Part shown: positions 46,820-56,241 of the stretch, in pieces | Numbering within the stretch: the stretch's first letter is position 1 | How the letters are laid out: each line of letters starts with the position of its first letter | Origin: Candidatus Sericytochromatia bacterium | Lineage (GTDB): Bacteria; Cyanobacteriota; Sericytochromatia; S15B-MN24; JAQBPE01 | Length of the DNA stretch: 64,000 nt | Reading direction: 5' to 3' | Assembly (NCBI GenBank): GCA_035285125.1 | Contig: JAYKHR010000004.1 | Coordinates: forward strand, 10,053-74,052 | Notes under the pieces: generated by a model | Seen by the model: only the letters and a program-made list of their open reading frames with translations | The model's database searches: none | Told to the model about the DNA's origin: nothing | Position numbers and translations under genes: made by a program

Positions 46820-48070
46820 TCAGCGAGACCCCATCCGCTCGATCTGGCGCATGGCCTCCTCGTAGGTGAGGTCGACGCCAGGCGTCGGCGCAGGCACCTG
46901 ATAGCCCTGCGGGCCCGCGGGCGCGGTCTGGCCGCCGGCGTTGTAGCCGCTGTCAGCTGCCCGACCGCCCCCGGCGCCCAGCATGCCCTTGAGCGGGTTG
47001 CGGAGGAACTTCTCGTAAACCGAGCCGCCCAGGAAGCCAAGGCCGAGGCCGATCACGAAGCCTGCGGCGGTGCCGACACCAGGGAACAGCGCCGTGCCGA
47101 TGGCCGCGCCAGCTGCGGCGGAGCCCCAGCCGATCGCGCCGTAGGCCGCCGTGTCGACGACGGAGAGCCCGAGGAACTGCATCACATTGATCTGGCCCTG
47201 CGCCAGCTGGATGGCGTTGCTGGCCAGCGAGAAGACGCCCGCGACCACGAAGTTGCCCTTGGCGCCGCTCAGCAAGTTGCCGAGGAAGCCCTTGACCCCG
47301 GTCTTGGCGCCTTCCTTAGCGGCGGCTTGTCCGGCGACGGCAGCGGCCTCGGTCGTCGCCGCCTTCGCCACCGTCTCGGCACCGGCCCCGGCGGCCTTCG
47401 CGACGAGGGCCTTCGCGTCCTTCGCGTAGAAACCCAGCTGCTTGAGGGCTTCATAGGCGTTGGGATCTTGCAGGGCCTTCTTGACGGCGGCCTCCGAGGC
47501 CTGCGTGAAGCCCTTCTTCATCGTCATGCCGAGGGCCTGCTTGGCGAGGTCGTCCGCGGCGCTCGACACGACCTGCCGGCTCACGGCGCCCGCCGCATTG
47601 CCGCCGAGCGCCGCCAGCCTCTCCGCGCTCTTCGCCCCGAGCTCCTTCGCCAATTCGGGCGACAGGCCCGCCTTCGCCAGCTTGCCGGCGACGTCCCCAC
47701 CCTCGAGGGCGATCTGCGTCACCTGCGCCTTGCTGAGGCCGTTCAGCGCATCCTTGCCGAGCTTGCCGATGGCCTCGTTGAGGATGAAATCGGGTCCGAG
47801 GAAGTTCCGCACGAAGGGAACCTTGGCCGCGAGCCGCGTGAACAGGCTCTGCTGGGCCAACGCATCGGAAAGAGGCAGGTTCTTGGCCGTGCCCTCGAGC
47901 AGCGCGCCAGGGTTGCCCAGCGACTTCTTGAAGGCGTCCATCGAGAACTTGGCCGCGTTGGGGTCCACGGGCGTGAGCCGCGCGATCTGGCGGGCCGTCA
48001 GCCCTGCATTGATCGCCACCGGCATCGTGTTTTGCGAGTCGCCGCCCACTTGCGCCATCGTGATCCCCAT
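46820..48070 (-). CDS. Ala/Gly/Lys-rich helical protein with C-terminal glycine-zipper hydrophobic hairpin
   Basis: Long ORF with GC3-biased codons and a purine-rich RBS. Contains GAIGWGSAAAGAAIGTALFPGVGTAAGFVIGLGLGFLGG. Confidence 0.75.
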   Translation of the reverse strand: MGITMAQVGGDSQNTMPVAINAGLTARQIARLTPVDPNAAKFSMDAFKKSLGNPGALLEGTAKNLPLSDALAQQSLFTRLAAKVPFVRNFLGPDFILNEAIGKLGKDALNGLSKAQVTQIALEGGDVAGKLAKAGLSPELAKELGAKSAERLAALGGNAAGAVSRQVVSSAADDLAKQALGMTMKKGFTQASEAAVKKALQDPNAYEALKQLGFYAKDAKALVAKAAGAGAETVAKAATTEAAAVAGQAAAKEGAKTGVKGFLGNLLSGAKGNFVVAGVFSLASNAIQLAQGQINVMQFLGLSVVDTAAYGAIGWGSAAAGAAIGTALFPGVGTAAGFVIGLGLGFLGGSVYEKFLRNPLKGMLGAGGGRAADSGYNAGGQTAPAGPQGYQVPAPTPGVDLTYEEAMRQIERMGSR

Positions 48071-48593
48071 CCTTCCTTCCGGACGCGGCCGGAATGCGCT
48101 GTTGATGATCTTATAGCCGACAAGGGTTCCGACCTACCGTTTCCAACGAGAATTTAACAATCAACCGAAAGATGCTTAACCTGGCATAAGGACGGCTTAG
48201 GTTCTTTAACGCGTCCCTGATTCAGCCACCACCTCACCCTAAGGTGCTGTCGCGCGGAGCCGGCGGCATCGCCCGACCCACCTTAAGGGCAGTTTGTCTG
48301 GCGTGATGCACGACGGCCCCCAGCCGCGGCGGCCTGGCGGCGGCAGGTCGATGCCAGGCACGCTGAAAGGGCTGTCCGACGCTCGAGCGCAGCCCTGAAA
48401 ACCCTCAACTGTGCGCTGTGTCACGTTTTGAGGGCTCACCCAGGGGGTATGTTGAGGTCAGGAACCAGGTGATCCGCCCCGCACAACGGCGTGCAAGCGG
48501 TCGTGGCCTCTTGCTCGGGTCGATGCAGACCCGTACCCGGTCGTTCCCTCCTGGCGCACGTCCGCCCCGTAACATCGCATGGAGGAGCCGTCC

Positions 48594-50153
48594 ATGTCCG
48601 AGGAGCGCTCGAGCCAGGTCTTCGTCTCGCCTGCCCCAGGCGGGTCGTCCCCACGGAGTTGCCCCGCCGTGATGCCCAGGGCCCTGCTGGCCGTTCTTGT
48701 GTTGGGAGGCCTGCTGCTTCAGCCAGGCCAGCCTGCCGCCGCGGCCGCCAAGGCCCCCCGGCAAGCCCCTGGCCTGGTGTCCATCGACGGCCACAAGACA
48801 CGCATCTGCCTGCCGCTGCGACAAGCGCGCGTGGTCAAGCGCACCAGCAGGGTCTCGGGCTTCAGCCTGGAGGCGACCAGCCAGGCGCCGGCGCCGCTGG
48901 CGCTGGACCGCCTGCTGCACCAGGGCGCCTTGCACCACCTGCGGGTCCAAAACTTCGAGAACAAGACCTTCATCCAGGCAGACTGGCGCTTCGCGGCCCC
49001 CGTGGAGGTGCTGGTGCGCCCCGACGCGCTGGAGCTCGTGTTCCACCATCGCAAGGCCTCGCCGGTGTTCCGCACCGTCGCCCGCGGCGTCTCCTTGTGG
49101 GAGGGCCAACGCTGGACCGGGGCGGGGCCGATGCGGGTGCGCGCGCTGCAGCTCGACCCGCGGCACGTCAAGCTGGAGCCCGCGATCGCGACCGCCGGCT
49201 CACGTCGCATGGGGCTTTCGCGCGTGAGCAGCTTCGGCCAGTGGCACGGGGCGATCGCCGCGGTGAACGGGACCTACTTCTCCCCCTCGAACGGGGAGCC
49301 CCAGGGCACGCTGGTGATCGACCGCCAGCTGATCAGCCGGACGATGCTGGACCGGCCGAGCGTGTGGTTCCAGCGCTCCGGCGCGCTGTCGATCCAGGTG
49401 GACAAGCCCTTCCCGAGCGTGGTGCTCGAGGACGGCACCGCGCTGCGCTGCCAGGGGCTGAACGAGGTCGCGCGGCGCAACCGCGTCACGCTGTACACGG
49501 GCCACTACGGCCTGCGCACCCGCACGACGGCGGACCCGAGCCGCCACGAGGTCGCGGTCAACGCCGGCGGCCGGGTGGTCGGGCTCGGCGCGGGAAACAC
49601 CGAGATCCCGAGCGGCGGCTACGTGCTGAGCGGCCAGGGCAGCGCCGCAGGCCTGCTGCGGCGCGCCATCGGCGAGGGGCAGCAACTTCGGCTGGACTGC
49701 AAGCTGCCCGCGGCCGTGGAGCATGCGCTCGGCGGCGGCCCCACCCTGCTTCAGGGGGGCAAGGTCCGGGTGCTGGCCCGGCAGCAGCACTTCCGGTCAG
49801 ACGTGGCGCGCGGCCGCTCGCCGCGTACAGCCATCGGAATCACCCGCGACGCGCGCTACATGCTCGTCACGGTCGACGGTCGGCGGCCGGGCTACAGCGT
49901 GGGGGCCACCCTCGGCGAGCTTGCCACCGTGATGCGCGAGTTGGGCGCGGTGGAGGCCCTGAACCTGGACGGCGGCGGCTCGACCACGATGTGGGTGCGG
50001 GGGCGGACGCTGGGGCGCCCATCGGACGGCCACGAGCGTCCTGTCAGCACCGCCTTGCTGGTGTTGCCCCGCAAGCCCGACGAGGTCGCGGGCGCCCCGA
50101 ACCTGCGGGACCTCCTGGCGGCGTGGTCGGGTGGCGGGGCCGGGAATTTCTGA
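48594..50153 (+). CDS. Phosphodiester glycosidase (NAGPA/DUF2233) family protein
   Basis: AAVNGTYF, GGGPTL, PRTAIGI, LVTVDGR and ALNLDGGGSTTM motifs. GGAGGAG RBS before ATG 48594. Confidence 0.9.
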   Translation: MSEERSSQVFVSPAPGGSSPRSCPAVMPRALLAVLVLGGLLLQPGQPAAAAAKAPRQAPGLVSIDGHKTRICLPLRQARVVKRTSRVSGFSLEATSQAPAPLALDRLLHQGALHHLRVQNFENKTFIQADWRFAAPVEVLVRPDALELVFHHRKASPVFRTVARGVSLWEGQRWTGAGPMRVRALQLDPRHVKLEPAIATAGSRRMGLSRVSSFGQWHGAIAAVNGTYFSPSNGEPQGTLVIDRQLISRTMLDRPSVWFQRSGALSIQVDKPFPSVVLEDGTALRCQGLNEVARRNRVTLYTGHYGLRTRTTADPSRHEVAVNAGGRVVGLGAGNTEIPSGGYVLSGQGSAAGLLRRAIGEGQQLRLDCKLPAAVEHALGGGPTLLQGGKVRVLARQQHFRSDVARGRSPRTAIGITRDARYMLVTVDGRRPGYSVGATLGELATVMRELGAVEALNLDGGGSTTMWVRGRTLGRPSDGHERPVSTALLVLPRKPDEVAGAPNLRDLLAAWSGGGAGNF

Positions 50154-50242
50154 AGCTTTAGCCAGACTTAACAGGGTTTTAAGAACCTGCTGGCGGCGGC
50201 TGGCGATAAGGACCTCGTCCCCTTTCGACCGAGGTCGCCCCG

Positions 50243-51166
50243 ATGGCCGCCACCACCCAGCTTTCCTCGCGCCTGGTCGCCCTGCTGCTCGGCGCTGCCC
50301 TGACGGGCTGTGCCAAGGCCTCTCCCGCGACCCCCCCGATGGCGTCGCGGCTGACGCGCCCGGCGGTGGCAGCACCGGCCGCGCCCCCCGTGGTCGCGGC
50401 GACGACGGCCCCGGTGGCGACGCCCACCCCGACGGGAACCGTGGCGCTCTCCCTCAACGCCCTGATTGCGCCTGGCATCACGGGCGTCGGCATCGAACTG
50501 ACGGGCCCCGGCCTCACCGCGCCGATCGGCAAGGTCCTGACACCGAAGGAGCTCGAGACCAGTAACACGCTCGTCTTCGAGCACCTGCCGGCCGGCGCCC
50601 TCACGGCCCGCGTCGTGGCCTTCGGGGAGGCGGACCAGCCCCTCGCGGAGGTCTCCTCCCCCGTGACCATCAAGGGCGACGACGAGTCCCGCGTCGCCCT
50701 CCTGCTCAGCGCGACGCCCGACGTCGCCAAGGGGGGGGCCCCCGTCAGCCTGCGCTTCGTTGCGCCCGAAACCCTCGCCTCGCCCAAGCCGGAGCCCGCT
50801 CCCGCCGGTGCCACGCCGGCACGGCCGGTGTCGCCAGCAAGCCGGGCCCTGTCGCTCGAGATCGTGGACAAGCAGGTGCTGCGCAAGTTCCTGCTCCTGA
50901 AGCGGCTCGTGGTGACGGTCCGCGTCACGAACGACAACCCCACGGAGACGCTTCGCGGCGAGGTCAAGGTCCAGTTCCACAAGCTCAAGGGGCTGCTGAC
51001 GAAGACCGACACCGTTGTCGAGACGCTCACGGCCCCCGTCGAGAGCCTGGCCCCGGGCAAGTCGATGGAGGTCACGCTGACCTCCACGGTCTCGGCCGAG
51101 GACGCCAAGGCGACGGTCCACACGGTGGTGGCCTCGTCCTCCGCGTCCACGCGCGACGAGGAGTGA
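50243..51166 (+). CDS. Putative lipoprotein with two beta-sandwich domains
   Basis: LTGC lipobox, FEHLPAG...ARVVAFG, and C-terminal VRVTND...SLAPGKSMEV. Confidence 0.7.
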   Translation: MAATTQLSSRLVALLLGAALTGCAKASPATPPMASRLTRPAVAAPAAPPVVAATTAPVATPTPTGTVALSLNALIAPGITGVGIELTGPGLTAPIGKVLTPKELETSNTLVFEHLPAGALTARVVAFGEADQPLAEVSSPVTIKGDDESRVALLLSATPDVAKGGAPVSLRFVAPETLASPKPEPAPAGATPARPVSPASRALSLEIVDKQVLRKFLLLKRLVVTVRVTNDNPTETLRGEVKVQFHKLKGLLTKTDTVVETLTAPVESLAPGKSMEVTLTSTVSAEDAKATVHTVVASSSASTRDEE

Positions 51167-51175
51167 GCGCCGGCC

Positions 51176-51436
51176 TCAGAGCTGGCTCAGCCGTTCGCTG
51201 CGCTCCCCGGCCAGCACCCGGCGCAGCCAGAACTCGCTGACGCGGCTGACGAGCACGACCTCGCCATCGAGGGCCACGACCGGGATCTTCGTGCCGTACA
51301 GCGCCTCGAGCGCAGGATCTGCGCCGATGTCGACGGCCTCGAACTCGAAGGGCACATCGCGCCGCACGCGGCCGATCAGCGCCTCGGCCTTGTCGCACAG
51401 ACAACAAGCCGCACGGGTATAGAGCGTCAGGCGCAC
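51176..51436 (-). CDS. Glutaredoxin-like protein (DUF836/NrdH-like)
   Basis: LTLYTRAACCLCD...VDI...YGTKIPVV. AGGAGG RBS. Confidence 0.85.
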   Translation of the reverse strand: MRLTLYTRAACCLCDKAEALIGRVRRDVPFEFEAVDIGADPALEALYGTKIPVVALDGEVVLVSRVSEFWLRRVLAGERSERLSQL

Positions 51437-51455
51437 TGGGGCCTCCTCCTGCCCA

Positions 51456-52049
51456 TCAGGGCTCCCCACCCGGCGGCACCACCACCGGGTCGGCCGGGAA
51501 ACTGGGCTCGGCTGGCTCCTGGGGCGCCGTGGGCCCCGCGAGCTCCGGGCCGGGCAGGGGCCGCCTCGCATCACTTCGGGGCCGAGCGGGCGGGGCCACC
51601 TGGGCCGCCACGCGGATCAGGCCCTGCGGCTCCAGGATCTGGGCCACCACGGGCGTGCGGGTCCTGAGCCGGACGTAGAGCCTCACACGCCCACGGGCGG
51701 GCACGGTGTACATCCAGGCGGCGATCGCCGGGTCCGCGAGCACGCCGAAGCGCCGCCCCTCGGCCGCGATTTCGCTGGCTGCGAACTCGAAGTACAGCCA
51801 GCGCGGGTTGCCCCGCAACACGTGCACGGCGTAGTCGGGCGCCTGACCCGCGTAAGGCACCACCAGGGCCCGGCCGCGCTCAGCCGGCGCCCCCAGCGCC
51901 GTGCGCGCCTCGCCCGCGAGCGCCCGCGCCCCCTGGGCGGGCAGAGCCTGCCAGCCCCCTGACTCCGGGCGCGCCTCGGCCTTGCCTGCGCCCCCCAAGC
52001 TCACGCCAATTGCCAGCGCCACCAGGCGCCTGCCCCTCTGGTCCGACAT
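51456..52049 (-). CDS. Secreted hypothetical protein (AMIN-like)
   Basis: Signal peptide, then NPRWLYFEF...VRLYVRL pattern. Confidence 0.55.
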   Translation of the reverse strand: MSDQRGRRLVALAIGVSLGGAGKAEARPESGGWQALPAQGARALAGEARTALGAPAERGRALVVPYAGQAPDYAVHVLRGNPRWLYFEFAASEIAAEGRRFGVLADPAIAAWMYTVPARGRVRLYVRLRTRTPVVAQILEPQGLIRVAAQVAPPARPRSDARRPLPGPELAGPTAPQEPAEPSFPADPVVVPPGGEP

Positions 52050-52103
52050 CGCGGCCTCAAGCCCCCTGCCTGGCTCAGCTTAACACGCCGCCCGGCGCGA
52101 CCG

Positions 52104-53735
52104 TCAGGGACGGACAGTCGCGATCGTCGCGGGGACGGCGACGCCAGGCCCGCCAGGGGCAAGCTCGGCTGAGACGGGGGCCGTCACGCCGGCCTGCGGG
52201 TCCGCCACAATGGGCGCGGGCGGGACCACGGGCATCGCCAGCAGCGGGTCCGCCGCGGGGGGCGCGGGCGGGACGGCGGGCACGGCCAGCAACGGGTCCG
52301 ACACGGGGGGAGTGGGCGGGACGGCGGGCACGGCCAGCAACGGGTCCGACACGGGAGGAGTGGGCGGAACGGCGGGCACGACCAGCTGCGGGTCCGACAC
52401 GGGGGGCGCGAGCGGGACGGCGGGCACGGCCAGCAGTGGGTCCGACACGGGGGGCGCGAGCGAGACGGCGGGCACGGCCAGCAGCGGGTCCGCCACGGGG
52501 GGCGCGGGCGGCAGGCCCGGCGCGAGGACCGAGGCCGGTACCGGCTGCGACGCCGTGGGGCCGACGGGCGAGGAAGCGAACACCGGCCCAGGTTGCGGCG
52601 CCACGGGCGCAGGCCCGCCTGGCGGGAGACCCGGCATCCCAGGTGCAGCGGGAGCGGGGCCAGCCGGCGCGTTGCCCGGCCGGGGGCCCAGGAACGCCGG
52701 CAGCTGAGGCGCGCCGGGCGCCCGACGCAGCAGCCCCACTACGGGGTCCATGAACCGCCGAACGGCTGCCCAGGAGGCCGCAGGCTGGCTGACCCAGCCC
52801 CACGCGCCCCTGGCAGCCCCCACCACCGCCACACCGGCCGTGCGGAAAGCGCCCACGATCCCATCTCCTGCGGCGCGGAGGGCCGGCCCAGGGTGCTGTA
52901 CGGCCCACGCCGTGGCCGCCCCGGCCCGCTGCAGGGCGGGCTGGACGGTCGGCCAGAAGTCGCGCAGCACCAGCAGCAGCTGGGCGTAGCTGGCCACCGC
53001 GTAGACGGCCTTGAGGCCCCGGGTGGCAGGCAGCAGCCAGAACGCCGCCTTCAGCGAGGCAAGGCTGACATCGAGGACCTTGCGGGCCCGCTGCCAGCCC
53101 GTGGTGGTCGGGTCCAGGAAGGTCCGGCGGGTCGCGATCGCCTCGCCCACCAGCACGCCGATGTCAGCGACCGGGAGCAACACCCTGAGGAGGACGCCCA
53201 GCGGCTTGCCGATGGCCTGCATCAGGGGCATCTGTCCGACGCGCGTCGCCACCTTGGCGATGCCCTCGGACCGCGACAGGATGCCCACCGTGCCCTGGGT
53301 CCCCACCACCACGCCCTGGGCGCTGAAGATCGTGCCGGCGCCGGCGCGCGCCAGCTGCTCGATCTTGTCGAGCCGCGCCGCCGCGGTGGCCGTGGGATCC
53401 TCCAGCATCGTGGACAGCTCCTGGAAGCTCGTGGCCGTCTTGCGGGCCATCGCGGGCAGCGCGATGGCGGAAAGCACCAGGCCCGAGACGGTCGCCGTGT
53501 CGCCAGCGAGCCGAAACAGCTGTTCCTCGACCGGATGGGTCTGCAGGCCGACCTCGGACTTGAGGTTGCGGTACTTCAGCGCCACGTCGGCGCTGCCGCG
53601 AACCACCCCCACCCCGTTGGCCTTGTGCGCGTTCCCCGCGGAGACAGCCAGCTCTGCCGCCGCCCGGCTGACGCGGTAAGACCGCTCGGCAGAGCTGCGC
53701 AGCTGGTTGTAGAGGTGGGGATCTCGCAGGGGCAC
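52104..53735 (-). CDS. Hypothetical helical/hydrophobic protein with Pro-rich repeat tail
   Basis: Long ORF with AGGAG RBS, hydrophobic helices and 16-aa repeats. Confidence 0.7.
   Translation of the reverse strand: MPLRDPHLYNQLRSSAERSYRVSRAAAELAVSAGNAHKANGVGVVRGSADVALKYRNLKSEVGLQTHPVEEQLFRLAGDTATVSGLVLSAIALPAMARKTATSFQELSTMLEDPTATAAARLDKIEQLARAGAGTIFSAQGVVVGTQGTVGILSRSEGIAKVATRVGQMPLMQAIGKPLGVLLRVLLPVADIGVLVGEAIATRRTFLDPTTTGWQRARKVLDVSLASLKAAFWLLPATRGLKAVYAVASYAQLLLVLRDFWPTVQPALQRAGAATAWAVQHPGPALRAAGDGIVGAFRTAGVAVVGAARGAWGWVSQPAASWAAVRRFMDPVVGLLRRAPGAPQLPAFLGPRPGNAPAGPAPAAPGMPGLPPGGPAPVAPQPGPVFASSPVGPTASQPVPASVLAPGLPPAPPVADPLLAVPAVSLAPPVSDPLLAVPAVPLAPPVSDPQLVVPAVPPTPPVSDPLLAVPAVPPTPPVSDPLLAVPAVPPAPPAADPLLAMPVVPPAPIVADPQAGVTAPVSAELAPGGPGVAVPATIATVRP
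52195..52512 (-). repeat. About 7 x 48-bp coding tandem repeat (PPVSDPLLAVPAVPPT)
   Basis: gggtccg recurs at 52198, 52246, 52294, 52342, 52390, 52438 and 52486. Confidence 0.92.
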
Positions 53736-53821
53736 GGCGGCGGAACTCCTCGCGGGGCTGCCTTGGTTGTCGGCGGCCGTGGCCCCTGCTTGCCCAAGCG
53801 TCGTTTAAGCTTGGCCCAAGA

Positions 53822-53837
53822 GTTCGTTATAACGAAC
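53822..53837. promoter_or_regulatory. Perfect 16-bp palindrome, candidate operator
   Basis: GTTCGTTATAACGAAC lies in the divergent intergenic region upstream of nfeD. Confidence 0.55.
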
Positions 53838-53927
53838 GGTCCAGGCCAGGGGTATAAAGACGGCAGCCGACGACAGGCCACGCGCGACGCCCCGCGGCTG
53901 GCTCTCGATCGCCGACGTGGAGGCCGG

Positions 53928-54467
53928 ATGTCCCTGGGAACTCTCTGGATCGTTGCAGCAGCGCTGCTGCTGGCCCTCGAGATGAAGACCGGGGAGTTCA
54001 CGCTGGCCTCGCTGGCGATCGGCTGCGCCGTGGCGGCAGGGCTCGCCGGGCTGGGCTTCGGCCTTCCCGGTCAAGCCTTGTCCGCCGCGCTCGTGGCCCT
54101 GGTCACCACGGCCGTGCTGGCCCCCTGGCTCCGAAGGACGCTCGCCCCAGCCACCACCCCTGACCCGGTGCAGGGCATGGTCGGCGAGGAGGCGGAGGTG
54201 CTCGAGGCTGTGGCGCCTGGCCGGGCCGGGAAGGTCAAGCTGAACGGCGTGGTCTGGGACGCCCTGGCAGAGACGGCGATCGCGCCCGGCACGCGGGTGC
54301 TGGTGATGGAGGTCGACGGCGCCCGCCTGCGGGTGCTGCCCGCCGACCCCAATGGCACCGCAGCCGCCGCCCATCACCCCGAGCCTCTGGCCGATGTCAG
54401 CCCTGCGCCTGAGGGTGTGGACCCCCAGGCTGTGCGGCGCCAGGAAGAGCCCCCGACGTTTCACTGA
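53928..54467 (+). CDS. NfeD-family (YbbJ-like) protein
   Basis: W...LLALE TM segments, then MVGEEAEV...GKVKLNGVVWDA...G.RV.V..VDG. Adjacent to an SPFH gene. Confidence 0.9.
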   Translation: MSLGTLWIVAAALLLALEMKTGEFTLASLAIGCAVAAGLAGLGFGLPGQALSAALVALVTTAVLAPWLRRTLAPATTPDPVQGMVGEEAEVLEAVAPGRAGKVKLNGVVWDALAETAIAPGTRVLVMEVDGARLRVLPADPNGTAAAAHHPEPLADVSPAPEGVDPQAVRRQEEPPTFH

Positions 54468-54511
54468 CCCCCGCGGGTCCGCCCCGCCACATCTCGAGAG
54501 GAGCCTAACCC

Positions 54512-55477
54512 GTGTTTGGTATATCATTCGGCGCGATCGCCTTCCTGGTGGTGGTCGGCTTCATCCTCGTGCAGGGCTTTCAGCCCATCAGCCAGACCAA
54601 CTGCGCCATCGTCGAGCGCCAGGGCAAGTTCCACAAGATCCTGCCGCCCGGCTGGCACATCATCATTCCGGTGTTCGACCGCGTGGCCTTCAGGTTCGAC
54701 CTGCGCGAGACGCTGCACGACTTCGAGCCCACTGCCGTCATCACCAAGGACAACGCCACGGTGCGGATCAACGCCGTCACCTACTACCAGGTCACCAACC
54801 CGCAGGCGGCCGCCTACAAGATCCAAAACTTCGAGCGCGCGATGGAGCAGCTCATCATCACGACGCTGCGCAACCTGATCGGCGAGCTCGAGCTCGACGA
54901 GTGCCTCAACGGCCGCAACACCATCAACGCCAAGCTGCAGGGCATCCTCGACGAGGCCACCCACCCCTGGGGCCTCAAGGTCTCTCGGGTGGAGCTCAAG
55001 GAAATCAAGCCGCTGGGTGAAATCGCAGAGGCCATGGACAAGCAGATGGTCGCCGAGCGCACGCGGCGCGCGCAGATCCTCGAGGCCGAGGGGTCGAAGC
55101 GGTCAGCGGTGCTGCAGGCAGAGGGGGCCAAGGAGTCGGCCATCCTGCGCGCCGAAGGCGAGCGCGAGGTCGTGCTGATCCGGGCCAAGGCGGAAGCCGA
55201 GTCTGCCCTGATCAACGCCAGGGCTCAGCAAGAGGCGATCAGGCAGGTCGTCTCCGCGTTCGGCTCCCAGGGAGAGGAGCGCTACCTCCAGCTCCGGTAC
55301 ATGGAGACGATGCCGGCCGTCGCGCAGGGCAAGGCCAGCACGATCATCCTCCCCGCCCAGATGGCGGGCCTCGCCGGGCTGGCGGCAGTCGCCGGCGAGG
55401 CGTTCCGAGGGGCCGTGCCGGCGGAGCCCCCCGCGGCCTCCGCCAAGCCTGGGGTCCTGCCTCCCCGGCAGGGCTGA
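54512..55477 (+). CDS. SPFH/stomatin-like (QmcA/paraslipin) protein
   Basis: IVERQGKF, VITKDN, TTLRNLIGELELD, WGLKVSRVE and QMVAERTRRA..LEAEG motifs. Confidence 0.95.
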   Translation: MFGISFGAIAFLVVVGFILVQGFQPISQTNCAIVERQGKFHKILPPGWHIIIPVFDRVAFRFDLRETLHDFEPTAVITKDNATVRINAVTYYQVTNPQAAAYKIQNFERAMEQLIITTLRNLIGELELDECLNGRNTINAKLQGILDEATHPWGLKVSRVELKEIKPLGEIAEAMDKQMVAERTRRAQILEAEGSKRSAVLQAEGAKESAILRAEGEREVVLIRAKAEAESALINARAQQEAIRQVVSAFGSQGEERYLQLRYMETMPAVAQGKASTIILPAQMAGLAGLAAVAGEAFRGAVPAEPPAASAKPGVLPPRQG

Positions 55478-55510
55478 CGCCCTCGGCCAGGCAGGGCCAG
55501 CCCCGCGCCC

Positions 55511-55551
55511 TAAAAATTAGCCCGCTGCGAACATACTCGCAGCGGGCTAAT
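55511..55551 (-). terminator. Intrinsic terminator
   Basis: ATTAGCCCGCTGCGA-ACATAC-TCGCAGCGGGCTAAT with a T tract on the minus strand. Confidence 0.85.
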
Positions 55552-55566
55552 CATTGAGCCCAACCC

Positions 55567-56172
55567 TCACCAGAACTGCCACCAGGGGCGAGGAGCTTCT
55601 GGCGCGGCCAGCAGCTTGAGCTCGCCGCTGAGCCGCTGCACCTCCATCTGAAGGGCCAGCGTGCGCTCCTGGTGCGCGGCCGCCGTGGCGGAGAGCTTCG
55701 TGATCTCGTCGTAGGCCACCATCAGCTTGGCCTGAAGCATCTGGTTGTGACGCTCCTTCTCGTCCAGCAGCTTGAGCAGGCTGTCGAGGCGGGCGAGCAG
55801 GTCGGGCAGGGGCGTGTCCAGCGTGGCAGGCGAGGCCTTGCGGCGCCGGAGTTGGACAAACACGGGCGTGGGGAGGCGGCGGGTCTTGCCCAGCTCTTCC
55901 GGGTCTCCGTCGAGGTCCTCGACCTCCACGTCGATGGAGGCCGGCCGCTCGAGGCCGAGCCGCCTGCGGCATTCCTCGAAGCCGTGGCCAGCCTTGAGCA
56001 TGCCGTCGGCCTGAGCCAGCAACCCGAACGCCTGCTGGTCGAAGATGAGCTTGCCGCGCGCGCCACGCATCACCGGGATGTTCAGGTGCGCGATCCGCTT
56101 CTTCACCGCGGACGGGCTGACACCGAGCTTGACGCTCACCTCTTCGAGGCTCAGGCTGACGGTTTCAGACAT
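55567..56172 (-). CDS. MerR-like HTH + coiled coil + C-terminal PWWQFW protein
   Basis: SLEEVSVKLGVSPSAVKKRI...RG.RG...F, a heptad-repeat region and terminal RPWWQFW. Confidence 0.75.
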   Translation of the reverse strand: MSETVSLSLEEVSVKLGVSPSAVKKRIAHLNIPVMRGARGKLIFDQQAFGLLAQADGMLKAGHGFEECRRRLGLERPASIDVEVEDLDGDPEELGKTRRLPTPVFVQLRRRKASPATLDTPLPDLLARLDSLLKLLDEKERHNQMLQAKLMVAYDEITKLSATAAAHQERTLALQMEVQRLSGELKLLAAPEAPRPWWQFW

Positions 56173-56241
56173 GGACGCCCCCGCACGGTGTCGGTTCCTG
56201 GTGACCTGACACCAAGCATACCACACGCCCGGTGGCGGGGG

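Noticed and set aside
52195..52512. Regular 48-bp repeats as a possible CRISPR array
   Set aside because: In-frame coding tandem repeats with no unique spacers and no cas genes.
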